Origin: Thermoplasmatota archaeon
GTDB taxonomy: Archaea; Thermoplasmatota; E2; DHVEG-1
Length of the DNA: 64,000 nt
Direction: 5' to 3'
Assembly (NCBI GenBank): GCA_030619765.1
Contig: JAUXAU010000007.1
Coordinates: forward strand, 465-64,464
This document shows, one piece after another, positions 8,503-18,419 of the stretch (its first letter is position 1; every line of letters begins with the position of its first letter). The position numbers and the translations under genes were made by a program. The notes beneath the pieces were generated by a model. It saw only the letters and a list, made by a program, of their open reading frames with translations. It made no database searches and had not been told where the DNA came from.

Positions 8503-9708
8503 ATGGTGATAATACTGACAAAATCTAAAGACCTTGATAATCTAATCAAACAATCAGATAAGCCGATAGCATTTGTTCTAGGAAAATATATAACAACTGG
8601 TCTAGGTGTCATTAGGTGTCTTGGACGTTGTGGTGTTCCAGTAATATGGTTAGATTCTACCCAAAAACAATTTGGTTTTTCATCAAAGTATTGCGTTGGA
8701 ATAAATTGTCCAAATCCCAGATATAATGAAAAAGATTATGTAGATTTCCTCTTGCGCTTTGGAGAAAGATTGAATCATAAAGGAGTACTTTTTCCAATAG
8801 GAGATATTGAGGCTATATCGTTATTAAAAAACAAAAGTATGCTCGAAAAATTCTATCTATTTCCTATGGCGGACTTGGATGTCACAAGTAAACTTCTAAA
8901 TAAGCAACTTTTCTATAAACTTCTTAAAAAACTTAATATTGATCATCCAAAAACCTATTTTCCAAAAGACAAATCTGATTTAAAGTCAATTAGTACAAAG
9001 ATTACGTATCCATGTATTATCAAGCCGTCTTACTCTGCTTTGTTTGTAGTTGATTTTAAAACTAAACTGTTTTTTGCTCAAAACAGTAAGCAACTTATTC
9101 AGTTATGCGAAAGAGCCCATTCTAAGAAACATAATGTCATGATTCAGGAAATCATACCGGGCAGTGCAAAAAACATGCATGGATTTAATGCTTACTACGA
9201 TGGAAGCTTCAATCCAAATGGTGTTTTTATGTATAGGCGTATTAGAGAGTGGCCCTTCGCCAAAGGTAACGGATGTTTTATAGAAAGTGTAAAAATATCT
9301 ATGCTAGAAGATACCATAAATCAATTGATCAAGAAAATTAAGTACTTTGGTATTGTAGATGCTGAGATTAAGAAAGATCCAAGAGATAACAGATTTAAAT
9401 TGATAGAAATCAACCCACGTTGTTGGATGCAGATCAGCCTTCCCGCAAGATGTAGTGCAAATCTTCCTTATATTGCATATTTGGATGCAATTGGAAAGAA
9501 ATTTGAAAAACCAATTTCAGCTAGGGAGAATGTCAAATGGCTGAATATGACAGAGGATATTAGGTCATCTATGAAAAGTATCTTAAAAAGAGATTTATCT
9601 ATATTTGAATGGATTAAATCGTACAGGGGAGAAAAGGAATATGCCATCTTTGCGAAAGATGATCCTATGCCTTTTTTCCTTTCATTTTTGCCATTCTATT
9701 TTCAGTAA
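8503..9708 (+). CDS. ATP-grasp superfamily enzyme (COG3919-like carboxylate-amine ligase)
   Basis: N-terminal FVLGKYITTGLGVIRCLGRCGVPVIWLDS and a central ATP-grasp pattern (YPCIIKPSYS..., MIQEIIPG, LIEINPR). Confidence 0.75.
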   Translation: MVIILTKSKDLDNLIKQSDKPIAFVLGKYITTGLGVIRCLGRCGVPVIWLDSTQKQFGFSSKYCVGINCPNPRYNEKDYVDFLLRFGERLNHKGVLFPIGDIEAISLLKNKSMLEKFYLFPMADLDVTSKLLNKQLFYKLLKKLNIDHPKTYFPKDKSDLKSISTKITYPCIIKPSYSALFVVDFKTKLFFAQNSKQLIQLCERAHSKKHNVMIQEIIPGSAKNMHGFNAYYDGSFNPNGVFMYRRIREWPFAKGNGCFIESVKISMLEDTINQLIKKIKYFGIVDAEIKKDPRDNRFKLIEINPRCWMQISLPARCSANLPYIAYLDAIGKKFEKPISARENVKWLNMTEDIRSSMKSILKRDLSIFEWIKSYRGEKEYAIFAKDDPMPFFLSFLPFYFQ

Positions 9709-9761
9709 AAACAGTTTTATAAATAAAATATATACTCTAATATTGAAATTTGGGGGAGCAA

Positions 9762-11192
9762 ATGAAAGCTCTACTTATCGTACCAAATATTAAATCATTT
9801 GATGTCATGCCTTCTGTTTCAGTTGCATGTCTTAAGGGTTTTATCAACGAAAAGACAAGTCATGATGCTAAAATTATTGATTTCGTATTTCATAAGAAAG
9901 ATTGGAAAAATTATTTAACATTTCAAATTAATGAAGAAAAACCAGATCTAATTGGTTTTACAGTTTTAAGCTTTAATTTTCCAGATGCGCTAGAGATTGC
10001 ACGATACATTAAAACAAACTTTAACATTAAAATAATATTTGGAGGGGTTCATGTTATTTTGTCTCCTCAAGGGGTTATTGAAAATGATGAAGTAGATATT
10101 GTTTGTACTGGCGAAGGAGAATTTGTTTTAAAAGAACTTTTAGACAGATCTTTAGACTGCAAAAATATTAAGGGAATTTGGTATAAGCAAAACGGAAAAA
10201 TCATTAAGAATAAAAATCGCAGATTAATTGAAAATTTGGATGATCTTCCCTTTTCTGATTTCAAAGATTTTGAACTTACTAAATATTTTACACTGAACCA
10301 TAATCATCTCCCAATAATGGCGTCCAGGGGTTGTCCTTATAATTGTACTTTTTGTGGCAATCATGCCTTAAAGAAAAAACTTGAAGGGAAATATGTAAGA
10401 TTTAGAACTGTTGATAGCGTTATCGAAGAAATCGAACTAAGAGTTAAACAATTTTATAATAACGGTTTTAAATATCTCTATTTCTTTGACGATACATTTA
10501 TTCTCTATAAGAATTTTATTAATGAATTTTGTAAGAAGTTTAAGAAAAAGGGATTCCATAGAAATATCAAATGGACTGCTAATGTTCGAGCAAACCTGGT
10601 GACTGATGATATCATTAAAACGATGAAGGATGCAGGATGTTATGAAGTGAGAATGGGGGTAGAATCTGGAAATGACTACATTAGAAATAGCGTGTACAAT
10701 CGTAAAATGACTAATGAGCATCTTGTTAATGCGTTTAGAATAATTAAGAAGTATGATCTGGAACTACGATTAGATTTTATCATTGGCGCTCCATATGAGA
10801 CCATTGATATGATGAAAGAAAGTTTTAATTTGGCAAAACAATCAGGTGGAGATCAGGTTTTCTTTTCACGGTTGTATCCATTTCCGGGTACTATAATTAG
10901 GGATATGTGCAAAAAAGAACAGATGATAGAAGAAAATGCGCTTCTTGATGACAGAGGAATGCCACCAGTTGATAGAACACGATTTGTTACAAAAAAACAA
11001 ATACAGAGATTGTTTAGAAAAATAAATTGGTGGCAAGGACAAAAGTATTTTGATACGGGGTTTAAATTGAAAGGTTTTCGTTTTCTTTTAGATATATTGC
11101 TTTTTCTTATTTGTTACAAACATAAATATGAACTGGAGATGAATCAAATCTATCGATGGAATATTCAAAAATATAAACTTAGTAATTTATAA
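9762..11192 (+). CDS. B12-binding-domain radical SAM protein (class B)
   Basis: An N-terminal Rossmann-like B12-binding region (MKALLIVPN...DLIGFTVLSF...IIFGGVH) precedes SRGCPYNCTFC, a CxxxCxxC motif. I prefer the ATG at 9762, preceded by GGGGGAG. Confidence 0.85.
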   Translation: MKALLIVPNIKSFDVMPSVSVACLKGFINEKTSHDAKIIDFVFHKKDWKNYLTFQINEEKPDLIGFTVLSFNFPDALEIARYIKTNFNIKIIFGGVHVILSPQGVIENDEVDIVCTGEGEFVLKELLDRSLDCKNIKGIWYKQNGKIIKNKNRRLIENLDDLPFSDFKDFELTKYFTLNHNHLPIMASRGCPYNCTFCGNHALKKKLEGKYVRFRTVDSVIEEIELRVKQFYNNGFKYLYFFDDTFILYKNFINEFCKKFKKKGFHRNIKWTANVRANLVTDDIIKTMKDAGCYEVRMGVESGNDYIRNSVYNRKMTNEHLVNAFRIIKKYDLELRLDFIIGAPYETIDMMKESFNLAKQSGGDQVFFSRLYPFPGTIIRDMCKKEQMIEENALLDDRGMPPVDRTRFVTKKQIQRLFRKINWWQGQKYFDTGFKLKGFRFLLDILLFLICYKHKYELEMNQIYRWNIQKYKLSNL

Positions 11193-11274
11193 AATGTAGA
11201 TTTATTCCTCCATTCTAAAAACAAGTTCACTACGTCTACTGAAACCTAGATCAGTTGCCAATCTCTTAATAAAA

Positions 11275-12594
11275 TTATGAATTTTGAAATACTGCGATTG
11301 AGGCGAGGGCTGGTTCATCGGCTTTCTCAAATAACGCTTTCTCTATCTCCATTCTAGCGTCCTCTTCTTCTTCACGAATTAATTTTAAATGCATTAGGAA
11401 AAACGAGTTTTGATTCCAAAAGTAAGCAACACCAACTCTATCAGAATATCGCATTCTCATTACAGCGCGAGCACCTTGATGATTCCCACCATGACCACCA
11501 TATGTTTCACCATCAGAAAAATTTTTCAAATACCAACCTAACCCATGAAGAAAACCCTCATCATAACAACCGGGATATTGAAAACGATGCATCTCTTCCA
11601 CAGATTCTTCTCTAAGAATCCGAACGCCACCATAGACGCCACTACCAGTATGCATAATCAGATAATGCGATAAGTCCGATATGGTGGTTTTTAATCCCCC
11701 TCCCGCATATGATCGAGTCTGAATTCGCGGTAATTTAAAGTATATTCCCCCAACCCAGAAGTAAAGACAAGCGAGCTTGTCTTTGTTAAAATTAGAAAAG
11801 AAAAAACTGGTATTCTTCATTTGTAATGGTTCGAATATATGCTCTTGACAATAGTCTACAAATGATTGTTGCGTGATTTGCTCCACTAGATAACCTAAAA
11901 TCTCGAATCCGACTGTAGAATAGGTTACGTTTTCTCCTGGAGGATAATCATTCCAAACTCTTGGTTGATAAAATGCTCCACCGGGGAGGAGATAATCGCC
12001 TAATTGATCACATGGTACTTGAAGAAAAGAAAAATAAATCGTGAACCTAATAATCGTATCAGCCAGACTCGATTGATGTGCAAGCAACATGCGAAATGTA
12101 ATATTTACTCCGGGATATTTCGGATTTTTTAGATCAAAGGGTAAATATTCACTTACATTATCATCAAGTCCAATCAATCCTGTTTCATTGAGTTGCATGA
12201 TTGCCGTTGCCGTGATAGATTTAGAAATCGATGCAACAGGATAAATGATGTCTACTGTAGCATTTTTTTTCTCATAATAGTCATAAAATCCATAACCTTT
12301 GGACCATACCACCGTATTATTTTTGACGATACAAGCAACCAATGAAGGCATATGCCCCTGCTTCATTAAGTTTTCAATTTTTTCATCAAAATCGTCAGCA
12401 TAAGAAGCATTGCCTATTGCATTCTGAATACTCCTGTAGTTCCCTGGACCACTACCACCCATATACAAAATAGGACTATCCATGGTTGCCCTACATAATT
12501 CTTCCAATGACCCAGTTGATGATACAACACTAGCCCCTACAAACAAGATTATTATTCCTAAAGCTATTCCTTTCTCAACTATACTCATTTTCAT
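11275..12594 (-). CDS. Secreted serine hydrolase, beta-lactamase/PBP family (PF00144-like)
   Basis: N-terminal hydrophobic signal. SxxK motif in VASISKSITATAIMQL. The general class-C beta-lactamase-like layout is present. Confidence 0.8.
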   Translation of the reverse strand: MKMSIVEKGIALGIIILFVGASVVSSTGSLEELCRATMDSPILYMGGSGPGNYRSIQNAIGNASYADDFDEKIENLMKQGHMPSLVACIVKNNTVVWSKGYGFYDYYEKKNATVDIIYPVASISKSITATAIMQLNETGLIGLDDNVSEYLPFDLKNPKYPGVNITFRMLLAHQSSLADTIIRFTIYFSFLQVPCDQLGDYLLPGGAFYQPRVWNDYPPGENVTYSTVGFEILGYLVEQITQQSFVDYCQEHIFEPLQMKNTSFFFSNFNKDKLACLYFWVGGIYFKLPRIQTRSYAGGGLKTTISDLSHYLIMHTGSGVYGGVRILREESVEEMHRFQYPGCYDEGFLHGLGWYLKNFSDGETYGGHGGNHQGARAVMRMRYSDRVGVAYFWNQNSFFLMHLKLIREEEEDARMEIEKALFEKADEPALASIAVFQNS

Positions 12595-12774
12595 CCTTTT
12601 TGTTTCCCCGGAAAAATATCTAGTTAGAAGTTATATGTTAATTTAATTTAAATGTTTGGTTAAAAATAAAATAAGAAGCAAATATCACAGAAGATAAGGA
12701 ATTAAAAAAAGATAAGAATTTTCTATATCAAAAACATTAAAAAAACATGACCATTAGTCAGAAAGGGGTTTTCA

Positions 12775-14160
12775 GTGACTGGTGATAAGAAAATCGTTAT
12801 TATTGGATGTGGTGCTGGTGGTGGGACTGCTGCACAATTTGCAAGAAAGACAGATAAAAAAGCTGCAATAACAATATTTGAACAGAGTAAATATCCGCAA
12901 TATTCTAAATGTGGACTACCTTATGCAATATCTGGTGAAATTCCAGAGTTTAAAGATTTAATTGAATTTTCAGAAGATTGGTTTAAAAAAAATCGCATAG
13001 ACCTTTTTTTGGAGACGACTGTTGATGAAATTGATATAAAAAATCAGACTATCTCTGCTAAAAAAGGAAATGAGCAAATCAAAAAAGAATTTGATAGCTT
13101 GATACTTGCAACAGGCGCAAAACCATTTATTCCCCCAATACAACATATTCAGAAGAATGGTGCGTTAATAAAAGGGGTTCATGTTCTAAGAACAATTGAT
13201 GATGGAAAACAGATTTCTTCAGTTATAAAAAAGGGGAAAAAAGCAACGATAGTTGGAGCAGGGTTAATTGGCCTCGAGGTGGCAGATTCTTTCTATAAAA
13301 AAGGATTGGATGTTACGATAGTAGAGGCTCTCCAAAACATATTGGAAAATACTATAGATAATGATATGTGTGAACCAGTTCTTAAGAAATTACATGAGAA
13401 AATTAAACTATACACAAATCATATTGCAACGAAATTAGAAGAAAAAGATGGAAAAATAAACCAAGTTTTCATTAAGGATAACAAGACCAACGAGGAAAAA
13501 AAAGTGGAGACAGGCATTCTTGTGATTGCTACAGGAACAAAGCCAGACGTCACGTTAGCAAAAAGCATAGGATGTAAAATCGGAAAAACTGGCGGAATAA
13601 TTGTCAATGAAAAATCTGAATCGTCTGTGAAAAACGTTTATGCTGTCGGTGATTGCACAGAATACAAAGATTTTGTCAAAAAAGAATCTGTCTGTATCGG
13701 GCTGGGAAGTATCGTGGTAAGGCAAGCAATTACAGCCGGCTTAAATGCAACCAGTGGCAAATACAATCTCCCCAAAGGAGTTTTGCTGACACGCACTTCA
13801 GAGTTTTTTGGAATAGAGATAGCCGCAGTTGGTCCAGTAAAAAATGCTTTTCAAAACATTCCGGTTTTATACAGCAAATTCAAGGGTTCTTCACTCCCAG
13901 AATATTTTCCGGGTGGGAAACCCATATTAATGAAAGTAGGTGTTCATGAAGAAACAGGTAAAATAGTGTCTGCTCAGGCAGTTGGAAGTAATGCAGCACA
14001 ACGAATTAACACCTTTGCCTGTGCCATCCTTAATGAAACAAATGTTGAAGATTTTAAAAAATTGGAAACGGCATATGCGCCGCCTATTGCACCAACTCTA
14101 GATGCTTTGACTCTTGTTTGTGATGTTGCTTCTTTAAAACTTGCAAGAAAAAGAAGATAA
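12775..14160 (+). CDS. Pyridine nucleotide-disulfide oxidoreductase, CoA-disulfide reductase/NADH oxidase family
   Basis: GTG start. FAD motif IVIIGCGAGGGTAA, redox Cys in YSKCGLPYAISG, and a second dinucleotide motif ATIVGAGLIGLE. Confidence 0.8.
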   Translation: MTGDKKIVIIGCGAGGGTAAQFARKTDKKAAITIFEQSKYPQYSKCGLPYAISGEIPEFKDLIEFSEDWFKKNRIDLFLETTVDEIDIKNQTISAKKGNEQIKKEFDSLILATGAKPFIPPIQHIQKNGALIKGVHVLRTIDDGKQISSVIKKGKKATIVGAGLIGLEVADSFYKKGLDVTIVEALQNILENTIDNDMCEPVLKKLHEKIKLYTNHIATKLEEKDGKINQVFIKDNKTNEEKKVETGILVIATGTKPDVTLAKSIGCKIGKTGGIIVNEKSESSVKNVYAVGDCTEYKDFVKKESVCIGLGSIVVRQAITAGLNATSGKYNLPKGVLLTRTSEFFGIEIAAVGPVKNAFQNIPVLYSKFKGSSLPEYFPGGKPILMKVGVHEETGKIVSAQAVGSNAAQRINTFACAILNETNVEDFKKLETAYAPPIAPTLDALTLVCDVASLKLARKRR

Positions 14161-14161
14161 T

Positions 14162-15301
14162 ATGAAGATTTTACATGTTGCTGATACACACCTTGGCTAC
14201 TCTGCCTATCGTAAGGTAACAGAAGATGGAATAAATCAACGTGAAATAGATGCATATAATGCATTCAAACAATTTGTTGATTATGCGATTAAATCAAAAC
14301 CTGATTTGATTATTCACGCCGGTGATCTTTTTGATTCAGTAAGGCCTAATAACAGGGCAATAACTTTTGCAATAGATCAATTGATTCGCATTTCGGAATC
14401 AGGTATTCCTTTCGTGGTAATTGCTGGTAATCACGAACATCCAAAACTCAAAGAAACAGGACACATCTTCAGCATTTTTGACCATATTGACCATGTTTAT
14501 CCGGTTTATCATGCAAAATATGAAACTCTGTCGTTTAAGATAAATAACAAAAAAATAACAGTTCATGCAATTCCTCAATGTGAATTAAAAACTCAGTTTA
14601 ACGAAGAATTAAAAAAACTTAAACCTAACTCCGCTGCGGATTACAATATTTTTGTATCGCATGGTGCTGTAACTGGAATAAAAGAATTTTCTATGAATGA
14701 ATTTAACGAGTTGATTATTCCAACAAAAATTCTTGGCAAGGATTTTGACTATATCGCTCTTGGACATTATCATAGAGCTACTAAACTAACAAGTAACGCG
14801 TTTTATTCTGGTTCTACTGAGCATTTTACCTTCACAGATGCGCCCGATAAAAAAGGATTCATGAAGCTAGAGGCATCCAATGGAAAACTGAAACATAATT
14901 TTATTGAGCTAGAAAACAGACCAATGATTGATCCAAAACCAATCAAATGTTCAAATCTTAAATTAGATGAGGTAATGAAAAAAATCAAAGAAACCGTTAG
15001 GGAGATAGAACCAAGAGAGAAGACATTTCGAATAACACTAGATGATATACCTACCCATATTTATAGAGGACTTGATTTTGATGAAATTAGAAAGTTGAGC
15101 GGTGAAGCAATTCATTATGAATTAAAGGCAAACGTAGTCAAAGATGGAGAATCAAAGCCTAGCATAACATCTAAAATAGATGCTTTAACAAGTGAGTTTA
15201 AACAATTTCTTGAAAGTCAAGATTTGAAAGAAAAAGAAACAATCCTAGAGCTAGGTATAAGTTATATTGAAAAAATAGAGGCTAGAGACGAGGGTAAATG
15301 A
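14162..15301 (+). CDS. mre11: DNA double-strand-break repair nuclease Mre11
   Basis: Phosphoesterase motifs: MKILHVADTHLG, HAGDLFD, GNHE, SHG, GHYH. It overlaps rad50 by ATGA. Confidence 0.9.
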   Translation: MKILHVADTHLGYSAYRKVTEDGINQREIDAYNAFKQFVDYAIKSKPDLIIHAGDLFDSVRPNNRAITFAIDQLIRISESGIPFVVIAGNHEHPKLKETGHIFSIFDHIDHVYPVYHAKYETLSFKINNKKITVHAIPQCELKTQFNEELKKLKPNSAADYNIFVSHGAVTGIKEFSMNEFNELIIPTKILGKDFDYIALGHYHRATKLTSNAFYSGSTEHFTFTDAPDKKGFMKLEASNGKLKHNFIELENRPMIDPKPIKCSNLKLDEVMKKIKETVREIEPREKTFRITLDDIPTHIYRGLDFDEIRKLSGEAIHYELKANVVKDGESKPSITSKIDALTSEFKQFLESQDLKEKETILELGISYIEKIEARDEGK

Positions 15302-17403
15302 TAATCAAATCTTTAGTGCTAAAAAATTTTAGAAAATTCAAAAATGCAGCAGTTGAATTTCCAGATGGTGTAACAGGCGTAGTTGGATTAAACGGGGCCG
15401 GAAAATCAACTATTTTTGAAGCAATTGCATGGGTACTTTATGGTCCTGTAGCTGCTAGAACTTCAGCTGATGAAATAAAATATAATGGTGCAACACATTC
15501 AGATCCTTGTAGAGTAGAATTAGAGTTTGTCTTTGAAGATAATAGCTATAGAATTGTTCGTGAGATGTCTGGAAAAAATTTGATTGCTTCTGCAACTGCA
15601 ACTGTTAATGGAAATATTGCTGCAACCGGTGCTGAAGTTGTTAGTAAATATATCCAAAAGAAACTTGGGATGGATTTCAAATCTTTTTTTACTTCAATAT
15701 ATGCTAAACAAAAAGAGCTTAATGCTCTCTCTTCTATGATTGCAAGCGAGAGAAGACCATTAATTCTAAAAATGCTTGGAATAGCCTCACTTGATGATAC
15801 CATTAAAGAAATAAAATCTGATAAGAAAGACAAGGACATATTAATAGAAAGATTAAGTCAAGATCTTGTTGATGGGAGTGGAAAAGAAAAAATTGATATT
15901 TACAAAGATGAAATCAAAAATTCTGAAAAACAAAAAGAAGAAATTGATCGAATTATAAAACAGTCTAAAGAAAATATCCTAGCGGTTAAAAAAGAATTAA
16001 AAACCTTGGAAAAGAACTATCTTGATAGTAAAAAAGAATACGAGAAAATAAATGAGCGTAAAGAAAAACTAGCTGAGAAGAAAATTCTTTTTGAAAACAA
16101 AAAGAAACTGCGAGAGGAAATCAAAAATCTAAAAGAAAAAATTGTTGAAAGACAAAAAATTATTAGAGAAGAAAAGAAAAAATTTGATAGCTTTAGGAAT
16201 TTAGAAGATAACATTAAATCTACTGAAAAACGTCTAACTGACATAGATATTCAGGTAGAAAAAATAGTTAAAAAAATTGAGCAGAAAAAGACACTGGCTG
16301 TAAGATTTAAAAAAGATATTGCTGATATTGAGTCAAAGAAGAAAAATATTGAACAACTTGGCCCTAATGCTAGGTGCCCTACTTGCAATAGGTTACTTGG
16401 GGAGCAGCATGATAAACTTTTGAAAAACTTTGATAAAGACCAGTGTAAAAAAGAAAAAGAGATAGAGTCGTTTTTAAAAGATGTCAAAAAAGAGCAAGAA
16501 GAAAAAGATAAGTTTTCAAGGGAACAGCAGGCTCGTCTGAAAAAGAGGGGTTATCTTCTAACTCAGTTGAGAGAAAAAGAAAAGATTAATACCACAATAG
16601 AAAACGTTTCAGCTGAATTAAAACGTGAAAAGTCTGAGATGGAAAGCAGGAATAAAGAGCTTAAAAAGATAGGTGTTGTAGCTTTTGTTATTAAAGAATT
16701 TGAAACTGTTAAAAAACAGGTTGACGAATTTTATAAAAAATATCAGTCTTCACTTGATGTTTTTGGTGAAAAAAAGGATCTTTTAGCTGGGTTAAACTTG
16801 GATCTTGAGAAAAAAGAAGGTGAGAAAAAGCTTTTATCACAGGAGATTAAAAACTTGAAAGGAAAAATTTCTCAACTCGATGAGTTTAAAAAACAGATCA
16901 AGGATGAGAAAAAGGTTGTTCACTATTTAGGTATGCTTGGTGAGGTTATGGTTTCTTTTAGAACATATTTGATTTCAAGAATTCGGCCTACTTTATCTTC
17001 ATATTCCTCTGATTTCTTTGAACGTCTTACAGATGGTAAATATAGAGAACTTGAGCTTGACGAGAATTACAATCTTTTGGTTTATGACAATGGTAATGCT
17101 TATGGAATTGAGCGTTTCTCCGGTGGTGAGGAGGACTTAGCTAATCTTTGTCTGCGTTTAGCTATTTCTGAGGTTATCACTGATCGTGCTAGTGGTGTTT
17201 TTAATTTCATTATTCTTGATGAGATATTTGGTTCTCAGGATTTGTTCAGACGTCAGAACATTATGAAAGCACTTAATGGTTTATCATCTAAATTCAGACA
17301 AATATTTTTAATTACTCATGTTGATGATGTTAAAAACGATATGGAAAATATAATTACTGTCTTGGAAGAAGAAAACGGAGAAAGCAAAATAAAAATAGAA
17401 TGA
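15298..17403 (+). CDS. rad50: Rad50 ATPase (short coiled-coil version, 701 aa)
   Basis: Walker A GLNGAGKST, a long K/E coiled coil, zinc hook CPTC (ARCPTCNRLL), signature FSGGEE, and Walker B IILDE. Confidence 0.9.
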   Translation: MIIKSLVLKNFRKFKNAAVEFPDGVTGVVGLNGAGKSTIFEAIAWVLYGPVAARTSADEIKYNGATHSDPCRVELEFVFEDNSYRIVREMSGKNLIASATATVNGNIAATGAEVVSKYIQKKLGMDFKSFFTSIYAKQKELNALSSMIASERRPLILKMLGIASLDDTIKEIKSDKKDKDILIERLSQDLVDGSGKEKIDIYKDEIKNSEKQKEEIDRIIKQSKENILAVKKELKTLEKNYLDSKKEYEKINERKEKLAEKKILFENKKKLREEIKNLKEKIVERQKIIREEKKKFDSFRNLEDNIKSTEKRLTDIDIQVEKIVKKIEQKKTLAVRFKKDIADIESKKKNIEQLGPNARCPTCNRLLGEQHDKLLKNFDKDQCKKEKEIESFLKDVKKEQEEKDKFSREQQARLKKRGYLLTQLREKEKINTTIENVSAELKREKSEMESRNKELKKIGVVAFVIKEFETVKKQVDEFYKKYQSSLDVFGEKKDLLAGLNLDLEKKEGEKKLLSQEIKNLKGKISQLDEFKKQIKDEKKVVHYLGMLGEVMVSFRTYLISRIRPTLSSYSSDFFERLTDGKYRELELDENYNLLVYDNGNAYGIERFSGGEEDLANLCLRLAISEVITDRASGVFNFIILDEIFGSQDLFRRQNIMKALNGLSSKFRQIFLITHVDDVKNDMENIITVLEEENGESKIKIE

Positions 17404-17414
17404 AAAGAGGCGGT

Positions 17415-18368
17415 TTATTTTTTAAACCGTATTCTCCTCTTGGGTTTCTTTTTAACCTCTTTTTGTTCTGACTTTTTTGGAGGTTCTGTTGGTTCTACTG
17501 GTTTACTTTCAGGGATTTGACTTGTTTTTGTTTTACGTAAATGATCTACAGAACTGAATAATTTTGAGAAGAGTTCTTCGTTAGAATCAAACCAATCCTG
17601 CCACCCTTTTGCTTCTTCTTTCAACCTTTTATTTTCGCTCTCTGTTTCTTCATATAGTCTAAACAACTTTGTTAGTCTGTCCTTCTCTTTTTCATATTCT
17701 TCTGAGACTTCTTCAAATTTCGTTTTAAACTCTGCAAATTTTTCAAACGGTTTTAACTCTTCGACTTGAGCTTCAAGTGAATTTATTGTTTCATTTTTTG
17801 CATTTATTTCGCTCTGCAGATCTTGTATTGATTCTTCCATTCGATTTCGTATGCCATCAAATTCCTCGATCCTTTGTTTGGATTCTCCCAATTGTTGTAA
17901 TTCTTGTTCTTTCTCTTCTAATTTCTGGGCTAGGGTATCTATTCTAGCAGTGAAATCTTCTTCAAAATGTCTTTTAGATTGCTCGGTTTCTCTTAATTTT
18001 TCTTCCAATTCTGATGTTCTTTTATCTTGTGTAGATAGCTCTTCTTCCTGATTTTTGTATGCGTCCCAAAGTTTGACGAGTCTTTCTTTTTCTTTCTCTA
18101 GTTCTTCACTATATTTTCTGGCTCCTTCTGCTGCTTCTTCCCTCAGACGTTCTGCATCAGAAAGACGATCTTCAAAATTTTGAACCATGCTATTAAGTTT
18201 ATTTACGCCGTCCAAACTCAAAACATTTTGGATTTTAGCTAAATCTTCCATACCTTTAGAAAAAGAACTTTTAATGGAATCGATTTCATTTGAAGCTTGT
18301 TGTAATCTCTCCATAAAAGTGTTTGCATGTTCCTTTTCTTCTGGATCTTTATTATTTTCCTCAGCCAT
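17415..18368 (-). CDS. Glu/Lys-rich coiled-coil protein with basic C-terminus
   Basis: Continuous heptad-like E/K/L sequence ending in KKKPKRRIRFKK. Probable start is MAEENN at 18368. I recognise no family. Confidence 0.55.
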   Translation of the reverse strand: MAEENNKDPEEKEHANTFMERLQQASNEIDSIKSSFSKGMEDLAKIQNVLSLDGVNKLNSMVQNFEDRLSDAERLREEAAEGARKYSEELEKEKERLVKLWDAYKNQEEELSTQDKRTSELEEKLRETEQSKRHFEEDFTARIDTLAQKLEEKEQELQQLGESKQRIEEFDGIRNRMEESIQDLQSEINAKNETINSLEAQVEELKPFEKFAEFKTKFEEVSEEYEKEKDRLTKLFRLYEETESENKRLKEEAKGWQDWFDSNEELFSKLFSSVDHLRKTKTSQIPESKPVEPTEPPKKSEQKEVKKKPKRRIRFKK

Positions 18369-18419
18369 AATCATGCCTCCTCGCAAAATTTAATGTGAAG
18401 AGAATAAGCTTGTGTATAT

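Noticed and set aside
14162-17403. Absence of herA/nurA next to mre11-rad50 as an anomaly
   Set aside because: Stand-alone mre11-rad50 pairs are common in many euryarchaeal lineages, so this is not unusual enough to report.
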